Of a DNA stretch of 64,000 nucleotides, positions 13,028 through 29,496 are shown piece by piece. Below the pieces are notes generated by a model. That model worked only from the letters and a program-made list of their open reading frames with translations, was not told the DNA's origin and did not search any database. This stretch comes from Phaeosaccion multiseriatum (Eukaryota; Protista; Ochrophyta, other classes). Location: NCBI GenBank assembly GCA_965112735.1, contig OZ218950.1, forward strand, positions 7,254,001 through 7,318,000. The letters are read 5' to 3'. The stretch's first letter is position 1, and the number at the start of each line of letters is the position of its first letter. Both the position numbers and the translations under genes were made by a program.

Positions 13028-15690
13028 CACACACACACGCAAGCACGCGCACACACACCTGCCATTGCTTCCGGTGCTGAAGATGGACCCGTTGGCCATG
13101 GAGATGGCTGTAATGGGGGCGGTGTCGCGCAGAGCCAAGTGCACGAAGCGCCAGTGGCCCAGAGACGCCTCCAGCTCCTGTAGGGTAGGCATATGGGTAG
13201 GCATATCGGCAAGCATATGGGCAGGCAGGGTTGAGACTTGAGACTTGCCCCACAGGCATGCACGAGCGCAAACATTAACGGAGAATCGCCGCACACACAC
13301 ACAAGAACACGCACACACACACATACATACACACATACATACATACATACATACACACACACACAAGGCTGACCTCTGGGGTGGGCTCTGGGGCGTCTTC
13401 CTCGTCCCCGGTGGGCACCGGCAGCGGTACGGGCTCCTCCCAATGCCAAACCTTCACGCGCTGCTGCCCCGAGGTGAAGAGGAAGCCCGAGGAGCCCAGG
13501 GGCGGTTGATAGTACAGAAGAGAGTCCACCTTGCCGTCATGCGCCTCCACACGAGACGCCTCCGCCATGAAGTGCACGTCGGTGAAGTAGGGGTGGAGAG
13601 CGTAACCCTCCTCCTTGTGGTTGGTTGGTGGGTTGGTTGGTTGGTTGGTTGGTTGGTTGGTTGGTTGGTTGGTGGTTGGTTGGTGGTTGGTTGGTGGTTG
13701 GTTGGTTGGTTGGTTGGTTGGTTGGTTGGTTGGTTGGTTGGATGGTTGGTTGGTTGGTTGGTTGGGTGGTTGGTTGGTTGGTTGGTTGGTTGGTTGGTTG
13801 GTTGGTTGGATGGTTGGTTGGTTGGTTTGTTGGTTGGTTGGTTGGTTGGTTGGATGGTTGGTTGGTTGGTTGGTTGGTTGGTTGGATGGTTGAGGGGTTG
13901 GTTGGTTGGTTGGTCGGTTCGTTTGTTGTATTGCACTCACTGACCGGCCCTTCGTTGCCTCTCTGCCTCTTTCCCTCTCTCCCTCTCTCTATCTACCGGT
14001 CTCCTCTCAGAAAGGCCTGTCTGCCTCTCTCCCTTCCTCCCTGCCTCCCTCCCAGTTAGTTGGCGAGACAGGCGCTGAGAGACATCTTCGATTGCGCGTC
14101 AAAGCACACACGGAGAGGTCTGAAGGATAGTACGTAATCTTTACTAGGGGTACGTAATCTTTCCCTCTCCCTCACCTCGTGCACGGCGAACACCTCCTCG
14201 TGCCAATCCCTGCAAACTCGAGAGCACTGCGCAATAGGCCTGTGCCAAGGTCAGACAGTCATTGGTGTCAGCGGGTGTCAGTAATTGGTGTCAGCGGGCA
14301 TTGTGTATGTGTATCACGTACCTGGCGGGAAGGAAGCTCAGCACCACGCGAAGGCACTCGACGGGGGGTGGGGTAACTTTCACCCACGGCCGGTTCTGAG
14401 ACCAAGGACAGGACGGACAGATGGCAGTGGACAGGACGGACAGGGAAGGATGGGGGAGGCACAAAAGAGCCGGGAGAAGTCGTAAATGAGAGGAGAGAGA
14501 GGCTGTGCGACATGAAGTAGCGCACACACACTCACACACGGACCTCCATCTCAAAGTCGTACTCCCCCGGCACGTCGACTCGGATACCCAGCTCGATCTC
14601 CGTCCCGTCCGGCCCCAGTATTTTGACGGAGCGCGGGTCCAGCACTGGCAGGTATGAGGGGTTGTCGTCCGGCACCCCCACAGGGCAGTTGCAGCGTCGC
14701 AGACAAGCAGCAGAGGCCCACTTTTCAGTTTTGAAGTTCTTGCGCCGCTGCCCCACGACCGTCTTGGCCAGCGCGACCCCCTCCGTGGCGAGCTCCTTGC
14801 CCTTCTGTAACGCCTTCTTGCCGAAGTTGAGCAGTTTGCCCTTCATGGACGAGGCCCCTGTGCCCTGCGATCCGCTGCCGCTCCCGTCCACCTCGAAGGA
14901 GCCGTCGTCTTCCTCTTCCCCCCCGCCGCTGCTGTCGTCGTCGTCCTCGCTCTCGGCAAAGACGTCGTCCTCCTCGTCGTCGTCCTCAGAGGGCGAGGAG
15001 GACGAGGCGGAGCTGTCGTCGTCGTCGTCGTCATCGTCGTCTTCGTCATCACTGCCGTTGTCCTTTCCCTTTTCTACCATTGCGCCCTCTGCACTATCCT
15101 CCTCGTCATCCTCGTCCTCCTCGTCCTCCTTACTGTCCTCCTTACTGTCCTCCTCACTGTCCCCGCTGCTGCTGCCGTCGTTGCTTTCGCTAGCCTTGTC
15201 GCTCTCACTCCCTTCTTCGGAACTGCCCAGCACCGTATCAGCATCTGAGCCGCCGCCCCCCCCCTTGACGCCGATAAGTGCAAGGCCCAATACTTTGTTC
15301 TTCTTCTTGACCTTGCTCCACTTGACCCGCCGCGCCTCGTCTGCTTTGGTGTCCACTACAAAACAGTGGCACGGACGAGAGGAGTGGTGTTTGTGATTGC
15401 AGTGCTGGCACGTGGATCTCGCTCGGCGGGGCCGATAGCCGGACTTGGCGAGGAAGCACTGTGGAGGGGGGAGGAGAGTAGGGTTTGGGGCAGGGGCAAG
15501 TAGGGGTGCGGGTTACAAGGGTGGAGGCTCGGGAGGATCATGAGAAGCAGCAGCAACAGAACAAGCACAAAAAGGCCTCTCTACTCACCGTGGTGCACAC
15601 GGTGACGTCGGCCTTGTTGATGGCCTGGCAATTCGCATCCACGCAGAGCCACTCCTCCGCCACACCCTCCTCGACCGGAGCATCTCCCAT
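9906..15690 (-). CDS. Protein with an N-terminal RanBP2/NZF-type zinc finger, Cys/His cluster, long acidic tract and C-terminal WD40 repeats (~12 exons)
   Basis: ATG at 15690: [34 protein letters not shown]|CFLAK. WD-like segments include [60 protein letters not shown] and [19 protein letters not shown]. Confidence 0.72.
10222..10892. repeat. (GGGGA)n purine tract of ~670 bp in the last WD40 intron
   Basis: Seen directly. It is C-rich on the sense strand and abuts the acceptor at ~10212. Confidence 0.95.
11531..11675. repeat. (GATA)n intronic microsatellite
   Basis: Seen directly. Confidence 0.95.
11937..12305. repeat. (CAGT)n intronic microsatellite
   Basis: Seen directly. Confidence 0.95.
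12681..12835. repeat. (GGGA)n intronic microsatellite
   Basis: Seen directly. Confidence 0.95.
13617..13912. repeat. (GGTT)n intronic microsatellite
   Basis: Seen directly. Confidence 0.95.
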
Positions 15691-15813
15691 TGCACTGTGT
15701 GACTAATAATAAGGGAGATAGTTTAGGGAAAAAAAAATCAACAAATCAACCGTCCGTGTTTCCAGGCACTCATGTTTTGCCGCAGGATTCCCATCCCTCT
15801 CCACTTGCCGAGG
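15691..15813. promoter_or_regulatory. Candidate very short bidirectional promoter between the WD40 gene and ALG2
   Basis: The divergent ATGs are only ~80-125 bp apart, across an AT-rich spacer. Confidence 0.5.
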
Positions 15814-17039
15814 ATGGGCAACGCTGATGCTGCCGTGGGCGAGGCTCCTGACGAAGTGACGGCGGGCAGCGGGGATGAGGAGCAGCGGGACGAGGAGGAC
15901 GAGCTCCTGCCGCAGGGGGCGGAGGAAAAGCAAGAGCAGTTGGAAGAACCCCAGCAGGACGAGCAGCCGAGCCACCTGCAGCGGTGGGACGGAGGAGGAG
16001 GAGGAGGAGGAGGAGGAGGAGGGGAGAAAAGGGGCCTCAATATTGCCTTCCTGCATCTCGACCTTGGTATCGGTGAGTGGGTGAGGTGCCTGGATCAGAG
16101 AGCCAAGGCATGCAGTCTTCCATCTCAGTCCTCCTTTGCCTTTTCTCTCTCTCAACTCTCTGTGTCTGCCTCCCCTCTTTGCATCTCTCTCTCGCTCTCT
16201 CTCTCTCTTCCAATCCCTCTTGAGCTCTGTCTCTCTCTCTCACATACACACTCTCTCACTCAATCTCTCCCTCTCTCTCGCTCCCACAGTCCCTCCCTCC
16301 CTCAGAATCACTCGTATCACTGTGTTTATGCCCCATCTTGTCTAACCCTTTATATGCGTCCACCCTCTTCCTCCTCCTCAGGCGGGGCGGAGCAGCTCGT
16401 GGTGAACGCGGCAGTAGCGGCGCTGCAGCGAGGGCACAGGGTGCGCATCTACACCACCCACCACGACCCCGCCCACTGCTTCGAGGAGACGACCAAAGGA
16501 GGCATCTTGGCTGACAAAGTGGTGGTGTGCGGAGACTGGCTGCCTCGGACCGTGCTGGGCAAGTGCACGGCTCTCTGCGCTGCGTTGCGCATGCTGTATC
16601 TGTCGGCCCTCCTTTTGGTATGTCATAGTGTCGTGCCTGATGTATCATGGCGATGAAGGAGGACGGGCTTGGGGCTTGGAGGTCCGTCCCACTCGGGGCC
16701 CTTGTCCAACTCGTTGGGCTTGTTCCAAATGCTGATTCCAATATCCCATCGTCTTTCCTCTCTTCTCGCTCTCTCCCGCCCTCTGTCCTCCTCTCTCTCT
16801 CCTCACTCTCCCGCCCCTCCTTTGCGCTCTCTCATTCTCACCAACTGGACGCGCGCCTGCTTGCCTCATAGCTACGTATACTGTGGCATGGCGCTGGCTC
16901 TGAAACTGTCACTGAAACCGTTGCTGGAGAAGGCCCCTTGCTCTTCGGCCCCGTGGACGCCATCGTGCTGGACGGGGTTTCCGCTCCCATGCCCCTCCTC
17001 AGGCTCACAGGTCAGGTGTACGGGCAGACATAGAGTTGG

Positions 17040-17078
<39 letters not shown>

Positions 17079-20000
17079 AAAGAGAGAAAGGCACACCAGG
17101 TGAAGGGCAGGCGGGCAGAAATTTTGTCCTCAAGTCCCTCCTTGCCTCTCCCCCCCTCCCCTCCTTCCCTCTCCCCTCTCGCGCTCTCCTCCCCCCCCCC
17201 CTCCCTTCCTTCCCACATCCCTCTCCCCTCCTTCCCTCGCCCCACTCCCCTCTCCCTCTCTCCTCTCTCCTCTCCCCCCTCCGTCTTCCCTTGCCCCTGC
17301 CCTTGCTCTTGCTCTTGCTCTTGCCCTCTATGTGGGCGCGTGTGGCATGGTATCCACGGCAACACCGCAACAACACGGCAACAACACGGCAACGACAGGT
17401 GCCCCGGTCCTCTTCTACTGCCACTTCCCGGACAAGCTGCTGTGCACCAAGCGGGGAGGAGCTCTCAAGAGGTAAGGGCGAGGGGCAGAGAGAAAAGATT
17501 CAGCTAAGTCAAAATGAACAGAGCGCCTTCAGCAGCCCCTCACCCTTGCAAGGTCTGCTTCCTTCTCTCTCTCCGTGCTACCGCAGGATGTATCGCTTCC
17601 CTCTGGACCTGATGGAGGAGCTGACCACTCTCCTGGCCCACAAAATCGCCGTGAACAGCAACTTCACACGCCAAACCACCGTCGACGCCTTCTCGCTGTG
17701 CAGCAGACAGGGTGAGTGAGGAAGGAGCCCAATCAATCAAGAGGGAGTTGGTTGGTTGTTTGTCTATGAAGTGGTTGACTTGATTCTCAGCATTTCTCGT
17801 TTGGTACGGCTGCTCTACCGATCCAACTGAGGCAGAGACCCCCTCCTCTGTATGCAGAGGCAAGACGGCATTGCCCCTCCAATCATTCCTTCAATACCCT
17901 CTTCCCTCTGCTGCTTTTCTTTTGCCCGCCCGCTCACTCACAGATGGCGAGGCGGAGGGGTTGGCAGCACGCGTGGCCAGACTGCTTGGCCTCCCTCAAC
18001 ACTCCCTGTCAGTGCTGTACCCGCCCATCAACCTCGACAGTTTCGCAGTCAGAGAGAGCGTCAAAGAGGGCGGGGGTGAGCAAGTCTGGGCGTGTGAAGG
18101 CGTGTGAAGGCGTGTGAAGATGGGAGGGTATGGGCAGGAGGGTACATGCCCATGCCAAATCCCCAACCCCCCCTCTCTGGCTCTCTCTCTCTCCGAGATG
18201 CATTCTCACACATTTGCAACACTCAAACTTTGTCCCTGAACCGCAGCGTATCCTGCCGGTCCCGCTCTCTCTCTCCGCGAATCGCGGCTCACCCCCCCTT
18301 CTCCTCTCCCTCTCCCTCTCCCCAGAGCCCCCGTCGCCGGAGCGTAACGGCTCAGCAGCGGCGGGGCAGCACAACGAGCGCACACACGCCCCTGAGCACA
18401 ACGGTAACACCTCAACACACGTTTCGGCCGTCGACGCGTCTGCTGCTGACACCGCCGCCGGAGCCGGCGCCGCCGATCCGGGGGGGGACGAGGATGCTGA
18501 CCCGGGGTCGGACGGAGATGCGAGCCCGCCATCGCCTCCGCCTTCTCGGTTCCCTTCCACTCCCTCTGCTGCGGCCGCGGGCTCTGTGGCGGCGAATGGC
18601 CTGGGGCCCTTCGTGTCCATCAACCGCTTCGAGCGGAAGAAGAACGTCATGCTGGCGGTGGAGGCTCTGCGCGTGTTAAAGGACACCATGCTGGAGCAAG
18701 CGCCCTCCACGCCCTTCGAGGCCGTGCAGGTAAGAAGTGAGGCCCCTTAGGCTCCTTTAGGCTCCTTCCACCACCCACCACTTCTTCCATGTGCTCACAC
18801 TGCAACGTGCGTACGTACGTAAGCCTACACCCCTTGACGTGACGAGCGCACCCACCGCCGCCTTCCTGCTGCCCGGGCCGCTGACTTTGGCCGCTGACCT
18901 TTTAACTGACTTTCTTCCTTCCTCCCTCCCTCCCTTCCCCTCTCCCTCCCTCCCTCCCTCTCTTCCCTTCCCCTCTCCCTACCTACCTACCTACCTACCT
19001 ACCTACCTACCTACCTACCTACCTACCTTCCTACCTACCTACCTACCTACCTACCTACCTACCTACCTACCTACCTATCTACCTATTTACCTCCCTCCCT
19101 CCCTCCCTCCCTTCCCTTCCCGTCTCCCTCCCTGTCTATGCCGTGCTGGGCGAACAATCTCTCTTCCCCACTGACTTACTCTCTCTTCCCCACTGACTTA
19201 CTCCCCTCCCCTCAGCTTGTGATTGCTGGCGGGTGCGACTCGTCGGTGCCAGAGAATATTGAATACAAGGCAGAACTTGAGGAGCGGGTTTCCGCCCTGG
19301 GACTTGTGGGCAACGTGACCTTCCGCCCCAATGTGTCCGACCAAGAGCGGGCGGAGCTCCTGTGCAGTGCGGCGTGTGTGCTGTACACCCCAGACAAAGG
19401 TCAGGGAGGGAGGGAGGGAGGGAGGGAGGGAAGGAGGGAAGGGGGGAGGGAGGGAAGGGGGGAGAGTGTGTGTGTGCGCGCTTCGCTGTGTGCTCCGACA
19501 CTGACGACTTGCTTCCTTTTCTCCTTAGCTTAGCTTAGCCAGCCAAGTACACGACTTTGGACACTTCCACCCACCCCTCATTTGTAAACCCGTCCTGCCA
19601 CATCTGCATAGTCGAACACGTTACGTACCCTTACGTACCCTTACGTACCCTTCCTGAGCAGAGCACTTCGGGATCGTTCCTTTGGAAGCCATGTACGCGG
19701 GTGCGCCGGTGGTGTGCGTGGCTTCGGGAGGGCCGCTCGAAACCGTCAAGGACAACAAGACCGGCTTCCTGTGCGATCAGGTCAGTCAGTAAGGAAGGAA
19801 GCAGGGAGGAAGGAGGGAGGGAGGGAGGGAGGGAGGGAGGGAGGGAGGGAGGGAGGGAGGGAGGGAGGGAGGGAGGGAGGGAGGGAGGGAGTGTGTGGGC
19901 GACTTGAGGAGACAGCAACCCAGTGTGGTGTGTGGGCGGGGGGGGGGGTGAACGGAATGGCATGTGTCGTGGAGTGGTGAAGCAAGAGGATGTGGGAGGG

Positions 20001-20970
20001 GAGAGGAAGGCTTACAAGGACTGATTCACCGCACCCTCCGCGACAGGAGGACGTCCTCATGCGCACGGAAGATGCAAGACAGACAGAGAGAGATACTTAC
20101 TCTCTTGCTTGAATATCTCTCCTCCACCCTCTCTCTTTCTCTCTCTTCCCCCCCCTCTCTTGCCCCCACTCTCTCTCCCTCTTCCTCCCTCTCTCTCTTG
20201 CTCTCTCTCTCTGCCTCTACCTCTCTCTCCCTCTTCTTCTCTCTCCCTCTTCCTCCCTCTCTCTCTTGCTCTCTCTCTCTCTGTGCCTCTGCCGGGCGGC
20301 GGGCATGTGTGTACGTATACACGCGATGGACTGACGCACCGGACGGACACTCTACAGACGCCGGAGGCCTTCGGCCTGGCCATGCTGCGATTCGTCCGCT
20401 GCCCCTCCCTCACTCGAGCCATGGGCAGGGAGGGGCACGAGCATGTGAGAGACAATTTCTCCCTGCTCGCCTTCGCACAAAGCCTGGACGGGCTCCTCAC
20501 GGATATGGTGCAGCGGCATGGAGCGGCGCAGGAGAGGAGGTGAGGGGGAGGGTAGGGCAGGGTAGGGCAGGGTAGGGCAGGGTGAGGGGGAGGGGAGGGT
20601 GTGAGATATCGCATGCTTCTGAGCCAAGCTCTCGACGAAGTGCCATTGCACTGAAACTGTGCATTTGCCTCTGGCGTGTGGCGTCCCTGTCCCTGTCCCC
20701 GGCCTCGCTTCCCGCAACACGTGTACAGGTGTTGCGATCCCTCTTGCTTATGCCTGGGCCTCGATTCTCAGTCCTTTCTCTTCTCTTCTGACGTGTGTGG
20801 CTCTCTCTCTCTCTCTCTGTCCCGCACATACGTGTACGCCGAACTCTCGTGTCGCCTCTGGGAATTCCTCCTTCAGGCTGTGGCGAGGCCTGCCTGCCTG
20901 GGGCCTGGGTATGGCCTTCGTAGGGGGGGCGCTGGCCTCACACTGCTTCCCCTTGCTGCCGTCCGCTTGA
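15814..20970 (+). CDS. ALG2: Alpha-1,3/1,6-mannosyltransferase ALG2 (GT4), ~10 exons; an upstream in-frame ATG at 15772 is an alternative start
   Basis: Motifs: [13 protein letters not shown]|[24 protein letters not shown]; [12 protein letters not shown]; [13 protein letters not shown]; [11 protein letters not shown]; LYTPDK|[29 protein letters not shown]. The last exon is hydrophobic and ends at 20970. Confidence 0.95.
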
Positions 20971-21286
20971 GACTCGTCGAGCAGCAGCATTCAATGGGCA
21001 GCAGCTGCAGCACTTGTGATACAGCAGTTGGTGATACAGCAGCACCAGCGCCACCAGCAGCACCAGCAGAAGCGGCGCTGCAGGGGGGCAAACCATGTCA
21101 GAGTCCGCGGCAACCAAAAGCCAAAAGCCTCTCTCTACAGCGCATCGACTGCGCACACGCGCACAGAGTCTTTCTCCCGGGGTACTCACTCCTCCCACTT
21201 CCATCCAACTATCCAACTAGTATAAACACACTGGAGAGAGGATACAAGTGATTCTCGTCTTCGCCTTGGGGCATTCCTACCGCCTC

Positions 21287-21682
21287 CTACAAGGTCGAGC
21301 ATGCATCGGGTGTGACGGGATGGGGAGTGACCGCGGTGCGAGGAAGCGGGGTCGGCGCCATGGTAGGCATCATGGTAGGAGCCATCGAGGGCTTCATCAT
21401 GGTGAGGGCGGGCACGGGTGGGGGGGGTGGAGGGGGTGGAGGGGTCTCGCACTCCGCGGAGGGCTCCATAGGGCAAGCACCACACGCGATGCTGGCAAAG
21501 CCGCCGTTCCCACCACAACCGCGGCAGTCCTTGATGCCAAACATGTTGAACATGTTGCATCCCAAGCCAACACCAGTCTGTTTGGACTTGCTGTCCGGGT
21601 CGATGAAGCAGGTGGCTCGACAACTGGGCTGTGTAGTCGGGGCGGCAGTTGGAGCCAATGAAGGCCCTGCGTCCGTCGGCAC
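21287..21682 (-). CDS. Terminal exon of a small Cys-rich, Pro/Thr-rich (PT repeat) protein; upstream exons unresolved (probably 21900-22350)
   Basis: Acceptor CCTTCGCAG is followed by VPTDAGPSLAPTAAPTTQPSCRATCFIDPD..GVGLGCN..CRGCG..CGAC..PTMMPTMAPT. Confidence 0.5.
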   Translation of the reverse strand: MPTDAGPSLAPTAAPTTQPSCRATCFIDPDSKSKQTGVGLGCNMFNMFGIKDCRGCGGNGGFASIACGACPMEPSAECETPPPPPPPPPVPALTMMKPSMAPTMMPTMAPTPLPRTAVTPHPVTPDACSTL

Positions 21683-23375
21683 CTGCGAAGGGTATATTGA
21701 GGAGACCAAGCCAAGAGAGTAAGCATCGATGGGAGAGGAGAACAGCGCGCCTCAAGTCACCTTTTGGGTGTGTGGCGGTTGGTGGTATGGCGAAGGTGAC
21801 AAGAGTGCCGCAGTCCGCTCGTCAGCAGGGGGTCACTCACTCACTCACGCACTCCCGCACTGGGAGAGTGCGACTCTTGACTGACTGACTGACTGACTGA
21901 CTGACTGATCTCACGGGTTGTGGTGGTCACCGTCATCGCAAAGCTCGGCCTGCGATACCTTCCTGACCTTCCTGGCAAAAGCGTTCCGTCAAAGCGATAA
22001 GGCGATGCCTTTTGACTTTTAACACACGAGCAGGGGTGTTGGAGGATGTACACGCACGCACATACGTATGTACGTACATACGCACCCATTGCCTGTCAAA
22101 TGAAGAGGTGTCGAGACGGCAGCAGCCTGGGTAGAGAGGGAGAGTTAGTGCAAGAGGACAATTACCGCGAAAGACCGAGGCACCACAGCCCTGCAATAGG
22201 GAGGAACAGAAGGGCGTTCACGGAGAGGAGAGAGAGAGAGAGAGAGAGGGCAGCGAGGCCTTGTCCGGACCTCGCCGTGTAGAGAGTACGTATCAGTACG
22301 TATTGGAAGAGCAGAGGGTGGCAGTGCATCAGAGGTCGACGGCAGCCATGAAGACACCGGATGGATGGATGGCACTTGAAGACAGTCGAAGGCGTCGGAT
22401 CGATCGCTCTATGGGCGAGGAGAATAGAGCAGCATGAAGCATACAGCAAGGAAGAGAAGAGGGGTCCGCCTAACGGCCTAGCAAGGCCTTGGACAGCTGG
22501 GGGGGGGGGGCTTAAATCAGGTTGTTTGAGATTTGGCTTTGTTGTGCCTTTCTTCTGCTCCTTCGTTGGCACAGAGTCTCCCGACGCCCCCCACGCGTAC
22601 GCAGGGACGCACGCTCGAAACACCTCTACCCGCGCCTCTTGTATTCACTCGCCGCCACCGCCACCATGCTCTCCTCCAGCACCACCCACTACTTCTCCTC
22701 CTTCTCCTGCTCCTGCTTGTGCCCTGTCCGCCTTCACTGGGGGCTTGAGCGTGCGACCCCGTGACGGAGACTCGCAGCTTGTCATGGTCGGTGGATCATG
22801 TGACTGACTGACTGACTGACTGACTGACTGACTGACTGGTCCATCACTTGGAACAGACTGAGAGGCATGTGAGAGGCATATGGGCTGACTGTGAAGCGTG
22901 GGGGATGATCTCATCTCCTGCCGAGGGAAGCTGATCGGACCTTTGACCTGTGACCTTTGCCTTCTCTTCTTCCTCTAACACGCAGCACTGTGGCACGGCA
23001 CCTTCCTCAATAGACCAGGCCCTCAATCCAGTCAGTCAGTCAGTCAGTCAGTCAGGTATATCAGTCAGACAGTCAGTCAGTCAGTCAATCAGTCAGTCAG
23101 TCAGAGCGGCGATGGCCGACGCCTCTTGTTGAAGACTCCGACCCCTCCCCTCCCCGAAGGCTGGCAACAAGGAGGGCAACAAGGAGGTCCTTCGCCCTGT
23201 GCCTGGGCCTCTGTTGATTCGCTGATTCGCTCGGTCCACGCGTACGCCCGAGTCCACCTCGTGCCATCCATCCGTTGGAGGCGTTTCAGAATCCAGGGCC
23301 TGCGCCCCTCATGCCCAACCGTATCAACCGCTGTTGGCTCCTGCGCTGCTGCGCCTCTCCCCCACTTGAAGTGCC

Positions 23376-27555
<4,180 letters not shown>

Positions 27556-28278
27556 CTCGGACAGAGAGCTCTTTCTCTTCTCGCTTCTCAACACCGCTGC
27601 TGCAGCGCTTTCCGATGCAGCTGCATTCCTACCACACAACCTTCTCCAACCACGTGTGCTCTCCTATGCTGCTTTGGTTGACGCTGAGGGAGCTACACAT
27701 TTGTATAGGGCGGGGTGCCTACCCGAGGCGTGCCTAATAGTAAAATCAGTGACATACTTGAGGGCGGGAAATCAACAATCTCGACAACATAAGAGAAAAA
27801 TCTGATCAATTCTCTTCCTCTCTTCTCCTCCTCTCCTTCTGCAGCTCGTTCTGTGGTGGTAGCTCTATTGTAGCTACTTGGGGGAAGAAAGGGCCTTCTC
27901 CGTTCGGTTATTCCCGTTGGAGGTTGGAGGGGGCTTGACTTCGCAGGACGCTTTGCTTGGGGTGCACAAATCACAAAGCGAGCTCGCTCCCCAGAAGCCC
28001 GTGGCAGCCCCTGCTGGTCTAGATGAGACAGCTAGGTGGATAGAATATAGAAGGGAAAGGAGAGGATGTTCCCTGCTCGCTCGTTGTTGATTGGGCTCAA
28101 TTCTTTCCCCCTCCCCTTCTGCTACTGTTTGCTACTTACACCCCACACCTCATATTTACAGGCGTGCTCCTGCGCCTGGGCTTTTTACATATTCACATAC
28201 ATATGCCACTGAAACTCATCCTACAGTTACACAGTTGTGCTCTCTTTGCTCTGCAGTGCCACCTTCCTCGCATTGTCT

Positions 28279-29453
28279 TCACGGCGCCTTGAGCTTGTTG
28301 GCTTGTTTCTGCTTCGTCACTTCTTCCCCCTTCGCCTCGTGCCCCTTCCCCTCTCTCCCTCCGCCGAGCTTGACGTAGGGCAGGAAGGGCAGGGTGAAAC
28401 GTAGCTGAGGGTTGAGACCTCTCTTCAAGCCGCTGTAGAACTGGGGGAACACCACGGCGATGTAGCTGTAGTAGCCCATGAGCACCTGAGGGGAGCAGCG
28501 AGCGAGGCTGTCCGTTGAGGCAGCCGCAGGATGGCGAAGAGCATGCAAGTATATTGCATGGAACCTCTCTCACTCACATGCCACACCGCGTGAAGCTGCG
28601 GGTTGGGGCCCCTTTGCATCTGCTCGCAGAAGTGATAATCGACCTGGTGCGGGAGGAAGAGAGAGAGGGGAAAGAGCAGGAGGGCGGGAGAGAGGCGCAG
28701 GAGCAGGAGCAGCACCGCAAGAGGTTAGGCCCGTTGTATCATCCGTCCGCAGCAGGCCCTGAGGCGTCACTAGTCTTGACCCCTTTCCGTCCCCCCCCCC
28801 CTCCTCCTCCTCCTCCTCCTCCTCCTCCTCCTCCTCCTCCTCCTCCTCCTCCCTCCTTCGGCCTACTCCGGGCACAGCCCCTTCCCCCCTCTTGTGTGTC
28901 TCCCGAGCCACCCCTCCTCCCTCCCCAGCAAGCAATAACAGCCCACACAACAGCTTCCACAGCAACCCCCACTCAGCCACTTTCAGTTTCAGATGCAATT
29001 GAAAAGTAAACCACTGAGCCTGCCAGCCATTCAACCAACCAGCCAGCCACTCACCAGCCAGAAGCCCCCCGCTGCCAGCGCCGCCGCCCAAGCCCAGCGC
29101 TGCACCTTCCTGGCGGGCTCCATGCCGGGCCAGCGGTCCCTCCCCATGTAGATGAGGCTCGTCTTGAGAGTGTTGAGCAGCATCAGCACCACGAAGTGCA
29201 CCTGGAACGTCGTCACCCACCTAACGGGATGGCAGCAGACGACGCGTGGGGACATTAAGAGAGGGCGGGTGGAGAGTAGGGTTCAGAGGTCAGAGGGCCG
29301 GGGATAGGGCACATAGCAAAGGGAAGCGAAGGATGAAGGATGCTGTACGACAGAGCGAGAGGGTCGGCTGAGGCGGCGGGCTGACTGACTGACTGACTGA
29401 CTGACTGGCGACTGACGGAGTGCCGCAACACACACAGACATACACACACACAC

Positions 29454-29496
<43 letters not shown>

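Noticed and set aside
10064-13943. Long Pro-rich, Gly/Glu/Arg-rich, SQSV, IYLS and WLVG ORFs
   Set aside because: They are translations of intronic microsatellites that lack stop codons, not proteins.
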